This document shows positions 52,153 through 55,648 of a stretch of 55,648 nt of DNA, piece by piece. This stretch comes from Helicobacter sp. (GTDB taxonomy: Bacteria > Campylobacterota > Campylobacteria > Campylobacterales > Helicobacteraceae). The position numbers and the translations under genes were made by a program. How positions within the stretch are numbered: position 1 is the stretch's first letter; each line of letters starts with the position of its first letter. Under the pieces are notes generated by a model. That model was given only the letters and a program-made list of their open reading frames with translations. It was not told the DNA's origin and searched no databases. The stretch lies in the NCBI GenBank assembly GCA_029264775.1, contig JARHYT010000021.1, positions 1 to 55,648 of the forward strand, written 5' to 3'.

Positions 52153-52761
52153 TTATGATAACTTTTTAATACCTGTGTTACTCTTTTCTCTTGTTTTTCT
52201 GGTCGTAGTTTTCTTTGTTGCTGGTTTTACTGACTCATCAGATAGTTTCTCTGTTAGTGTTTGAGTGTCTAGCCCTTCTAATGCACTAGCAAAGTCATCA
52301 AGCATATCACCTGTAGTTGAAAATTCACTTACTTGCTCTTTTACTTTCTTTGGTTCAAGATTATAAATAGTGCTATATGCCCTTTTTAAGAAAGCCTCGT
52401 TCCCTTTAGAGAATTGATAAAAGCATAAAGCTTCCATACCTCTAGATCTTATTTCGCTAGCTAATACCCCAAATTCACGATAATTTGAGGCAATTGCTAT
52501 GCTATCATATTTGCTTGAATAAAGCGTCTTTGATACATCAACGCTCAAACGCATATTTATGTTAGCTTGACTACTACCTATCAATATTCTAAAATAATCT
52601 TTTTCTAATCTACTATACCAAGAGTCAAGATTGTCTTTTGTAGTATAAGCCCTCTTAATGCAAACATTATAGCCTTCACTTTGTAAGTAATCAAAAATAA
52701 CAGTCATAAATGCCACTTCAAGCCTATCACAATCAACAAATAAAGCTAGTTTTTTAGCCAT
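52153..52761 (-). CDS. Degenerate NYN (LabA/DUF88-like PIN) domain protein
   Basis: LALFVD, IKRAY, MRLSVD, IAIASNYREF, LASEIRSRG follow the NYN pattern; AAGGAG RBS. Confidence 0.72.
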   Translation of the reverse strand: MAKKLALFVDCDRLEVAFMTVIFDYLQSEGYNVCIKRAYTTKDNLDSWYSRLEKDYFRILIGSSQANINMRLSVDVSKTLYSSKYDSIAIASNYREFGVLASEIRSRGMEALCFYQFSKGNEAFLKRAYSTIYNLEPKKVKEQVSEFSTTGDMLDDFASALEGLDTQTLTEKLSDESVKPATKKTTTRKTREKSNTGIKKLS

Positions 52762-52771
52762 TTTATCTCCT

Positions 52772-54388
52772 TTAGTTAAAGTAAAAATGATGATAAACTT
52801 CCATCATCTTTTTTGTATAATCATGCTTTGGGTTATGCAAAACTTCTTCCATAGCATCATATTCAACTATGTTTCCTTGAAAAACCACAGCAACATTATC
52901 ACACATATGAGATACTACATTAATATCATGTGTGATTAGCATGTAGCTAAGATTAAAAGACTTTTGCATATTAGATAAAAGCTGTAAAATATTTTTTTGC
53001 ACGAATTTATCTAACGCACTAGTGGGCTCATCAAGTATGAGGATTTCTGGACGCAAAACCATAGATCTAGCTATAGCTACTCTTTGCCTTTGTCCTCCGC
53101 TTAATTCGCTTGGATACCTATCAAGCAAATCTTTCTCCAATTCTAAGAAAGTAAAGATATTTTCTATATCTTTTTTTATATCTGCTTTATTTTTATTTTG
53201 TAGTAATAAGCCTTCAGCAACCAAATCTTTAACTCTAAATCGAGGATTCAAAGAGCTTGTAGAATCTTGAAAAACAATTTGCATTTTTTTACGCATTGAT
53301 TTCAAATATGCTTTATCTACTTTTCCTTCGCAAGATAATTGTTTGTTAAAGTAAGAATCACTACCTTTAGTATCCATGAGATGAAGCACTCCTTGTGCTA
53401 GAGAACTCTTGCCGCTACCGCTTTCTCCTATAATACCCAAAGTTTCGCCTTCTTGCAATATTAAATTCACTTTTTTTGTAATTATAGAAAATTTGTTATT
53501 AAAAAAATTACTTTTTTTAACGCCTACACTAAAATCAGAAAGCTTCATTATAATACGATTATTTATACTCTTAGATTCCATTGCATTTTCTTTCATTGTT
53601 AGAAAATGTGCATCAAAGAGTTGTTTTGTATATGAATGTTTTCGATCACAATACTTACTAACTTGCTCTACTATATTGCCACTTTGCATAATAATGCTTT
53701 CATCGCATAAAAATCTTAGAATCCCCAAATCATGAGTTATAAATAATATAGATATACCCATAGCGTTAGATATGTTTTTTAATAGTTCTATGATTTGAAA
53801 ACTTAAAAACGAATCTAACGCAGTGGTTGGCTCATCACATATAATTAACTTTGGATTGCCTATAAGTGCTATTGCTATTGATACCCTTTGTCTTTGTCCT
53901 CCGCTTAACTCATGCGGATAACGATCTAATAAATCTTGTTTTAATCCTAACTCATTACATAGATTAATAATTTTTTCTTTGCGTTCTTTAGAATCTAATA
54001 TTAATTTATGTATTATTAGCACCTCTTCTATTTGCTTATATATCTTATGCAATGGATTTAATGAAGTTAATGTATCTTGTGGTATATATGAAATGTCTTT
54101 GCCTAAAATCTCTCTTAGTATATGTTTGTTATATGATATTGTATTTTTTGCATCATCTTTTTGCGTTAATAAATCAATCCCGTTGAATCTAATTTTGCCA
54201 GATTCTATTATAACATTATCATCAAGTCCCATTATGATTCTAGTTAGCATACTTTTGCCACTCCCGCTTTCTCCAGCAACGCCTAAGCGGTGTGCCTGCT
54301 TTACGCAAAATTCTATATTGTTTAATCTAAATGATTCTTTATTATTGGAATTGAAATGTGCATTTAGATTCTCAATTTGCAAAAGCAT
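52772..54388 (-). CDS. Fused double-domain peptide ABC transporter ATP-binding protein (OppD/YejF-like)
   Basis: Two GESGSGKS and two ELSGGQRQRV/DEPT sets. Confidence 0.9.
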   Translation of the reverse strand: MLLQIENLNAHFNSNNKESFRLNNIEFCVKQAHRLGVAGESGSGKSMLTRIIMGLDDNVIIESGKIRFNGIDLLTQKDDAKNTISYNKHILREILGKDISYIPQDTLTSLNPLHKIYKQIEEVLIIHKLILDSKERKEKIINLCNELGLKQDLLDRYPHELSGGQRQRVSIAIALIGNPKLIICDEPTTALDSFLSFQIIELLKNISNAMGISILFITHDLGILRFLCDESIIMQSGNIVEQVSKYCDRKHSYTKQLFDAHFLTMKENAMESKSINNRIIMKLSDFSVGVKKSNFFNNKFSIITKKVNLILQEGETLGIIGESGSGKSSLAQGVLHLMDTKGSDSYFNKQLSCEGKVDKAYLKSMRKKMQIVFQDSTSSLNPRFRVKDLVAEGLLLQNKNKADIKKDIENIFTFLELEKDLLDRYPSELSGGQRQRVAIARSMVLRPEILILDEPTSALDKFVQKNILQLLSNMQKSFNLSYMLITHDINVVSHMCDNVAVVFQGNIVEYDAMEEVLHNPKHDYTKKMMEVYHHFYFN

Positions 54389-54581
54389 TGCAAAACCCCC
54401 AAACTCATATAATATTTTAGAAATAATATCATATATTTATGCAATTTTATTGAAATTAATATAAGTTTAGATCATATCATTTTGCACTATTTGCAATGAT
54501 ACTAAAATTTATCACAATAAAAGTCCTTTTGTATAAATCGTTATAAAAAGCTTTTGTTATCTTAATTATATAGACATTGAT

Positions 54582-54614
54582 TTTTTAGCTTTCTTAATCT
54601 CTTGATTGCTATAT
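54582..54614. repeat. Degenerate CRISPR-repeat-like element
   Basis: tttttagctttcttaatctcttgattgctatat aligns with the repeat at about 26 of 36 positions with gaps. Confidence 0.45.
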
Positions 54615-54627
54615 GCAAGGCTGACAG

Positions 54628-55523
54628 GTTTTAGCCACTTATTAAATCTTTTTATGGTAAAATTTATCAAAATATTGGTTCTATTAAAAATATGTTTTAG
54701 CCACTTATTAAATCTTTTTATGGTAAAATGCTTTTCGCTTTCCCAAACCGATATGTCGCGTTTTAGCCACTTATTAAATCTTTTTATGCTATAATAATTA
54801 CAGAGTTAGGTATGCAAGTTCCATTGTTTTAGCCACTTATTAAATCTTTTTATGCTATAATTTATAAAGTCTCTATAATCTACAAGTAATATGTTTTAGC
54901 CACTTATTAAATCTTTTTATGCTATAATTATCTTTATGTTCATGCTGCTCTAAAACCATGTTTTAGCCACTTATTAAATCTTTTTATGCTATAATTTTTT
55001 AAAAATAACAAACGAGAGTTTGGAGTTTTAGCCACTTATTAAATCTTTTTATGCTATAATCTACTTTTAAATTTATTGGGGTATTTTGGAGTTTTAGCCA
55101 CTTATTAAATCTTTTTATGCTATAATTTCTAGGAATGATAAAAAAACAGGCAAAGGTTTTAGCCACTTATTAAATCTTTTTATGCTATAATTTAATGATT
55201 TTGTAGGAATACAAGAATCAGAGTTTTAGCCACTTATTAAATCTTTTTATGCTATAATAAAATAAAAAAAGCTATGAAAAGCTTTGGGGTTTTAGCCACT
55301 TATTAAATCTTTTTATGCTATAATTAGATAAAATAGATCCGTCTGCAAGTGGTGTTTTAGCCACTTATTAAATCTTTTTATGCTATAATCAACAATACAC
55401 AAGTGATCGTAAGTTGTTAAGTTTTAGCCACTTATTAAATCTTTTTATGCTATAATCTAAAAAGTGGAACTAGTGATGAATCAAGTAGTTTTAGCCACTT
55501 ATTAAATCTTTTTATGCTATAAT
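54628..55523 (+). CRISPR. Type II-C-like CRISPR array: 14 repeats of 36 bp, 13 spacers of 29-31 bp
   Basis: Repeat GTTTTAGCCACTTATTAAATCTTTTTATGCTATAAT (first two end ATGGTAAAAT) at 54628, 54694, 54760, 54826, 54893, 54960, 55025, 55091, 55156, 55223, 55289, 55354, 55421, 55488; resembles the C. jejuni II-C repeat. Confidence 0.98.
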
Positions 55524-55648
55524 ACCTATCTTTTTAAAGGCGTATTATAGGAGTTTTGGTAAGGCATAGGATGCATAAATATATAGGTAGCATTGTATAT
55601 AAATACTACATATATAGTAAAAAGTAAAAAATACCCTAGTATTATTGT

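Noticed and set aside
54606-54794. 62-aa ORF with repeated FSHLLNLF
   Set aside because: It is a translation of the CRISPR repeats
54796-54825. Spacer 3 loosely resembles dnaE near 45845-45865 (gag(c/t)taggtatg)
   Set aside because: Only a short partial match; no convincing self-target found by eye for any spacer
54996-55090. Spacers 6 and 7 both end in tttgga; several later spacers are purine-rich
   Set aside because: Too few spacers to distinguish from chance without protospacer data

Overview
AT-rich (roughly 30% GC by eye) chromosomal segment from a Campylobacterota bacterium, most consistent with an enterohepatic Helicobacter. Most of it is shuffled housekeeping genes (rimO, yebC, greA, tkt, uppS, pit, UbiD-family decarboxylase, NFACT, DEAD-box helicase, pgsA-rseP, obgE, purE, petABC, nadE, dapD, hemE, rpmH, murA, atpE, coaBC, dnaE) and four tRNAs. 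Other loci are a type II R-M pair, nikABCDE with a NikR box, GT2 and GT11 glycosyltransferases, and a 14-repeat type II-C-like CRISPR array at the right edge with no cas genes in view. Main observations: (1) a highly iterated quasi-palindrome TAGAWTCTA (at least 21 exact copies by manual scan versus about 2 expected), also found in insertions in core proteins, with an adenine MTase/endonuclease pair as a candidate partner; (2) CRISPR repeats whose embedded promoter changes from TGGTAAAAT to TGCTATAAT along the array, plus a degenerate repeat-like element only 13 nt upstream; (3) two intact apparent pseudoenzymes (MoaC-like, NYN-like); (4) a Campylobacter-type uppS; (5) a tRNA-Pro with a compensatory A19-U56 elbow pair. 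All family calls are from motif recognition, without database searches.
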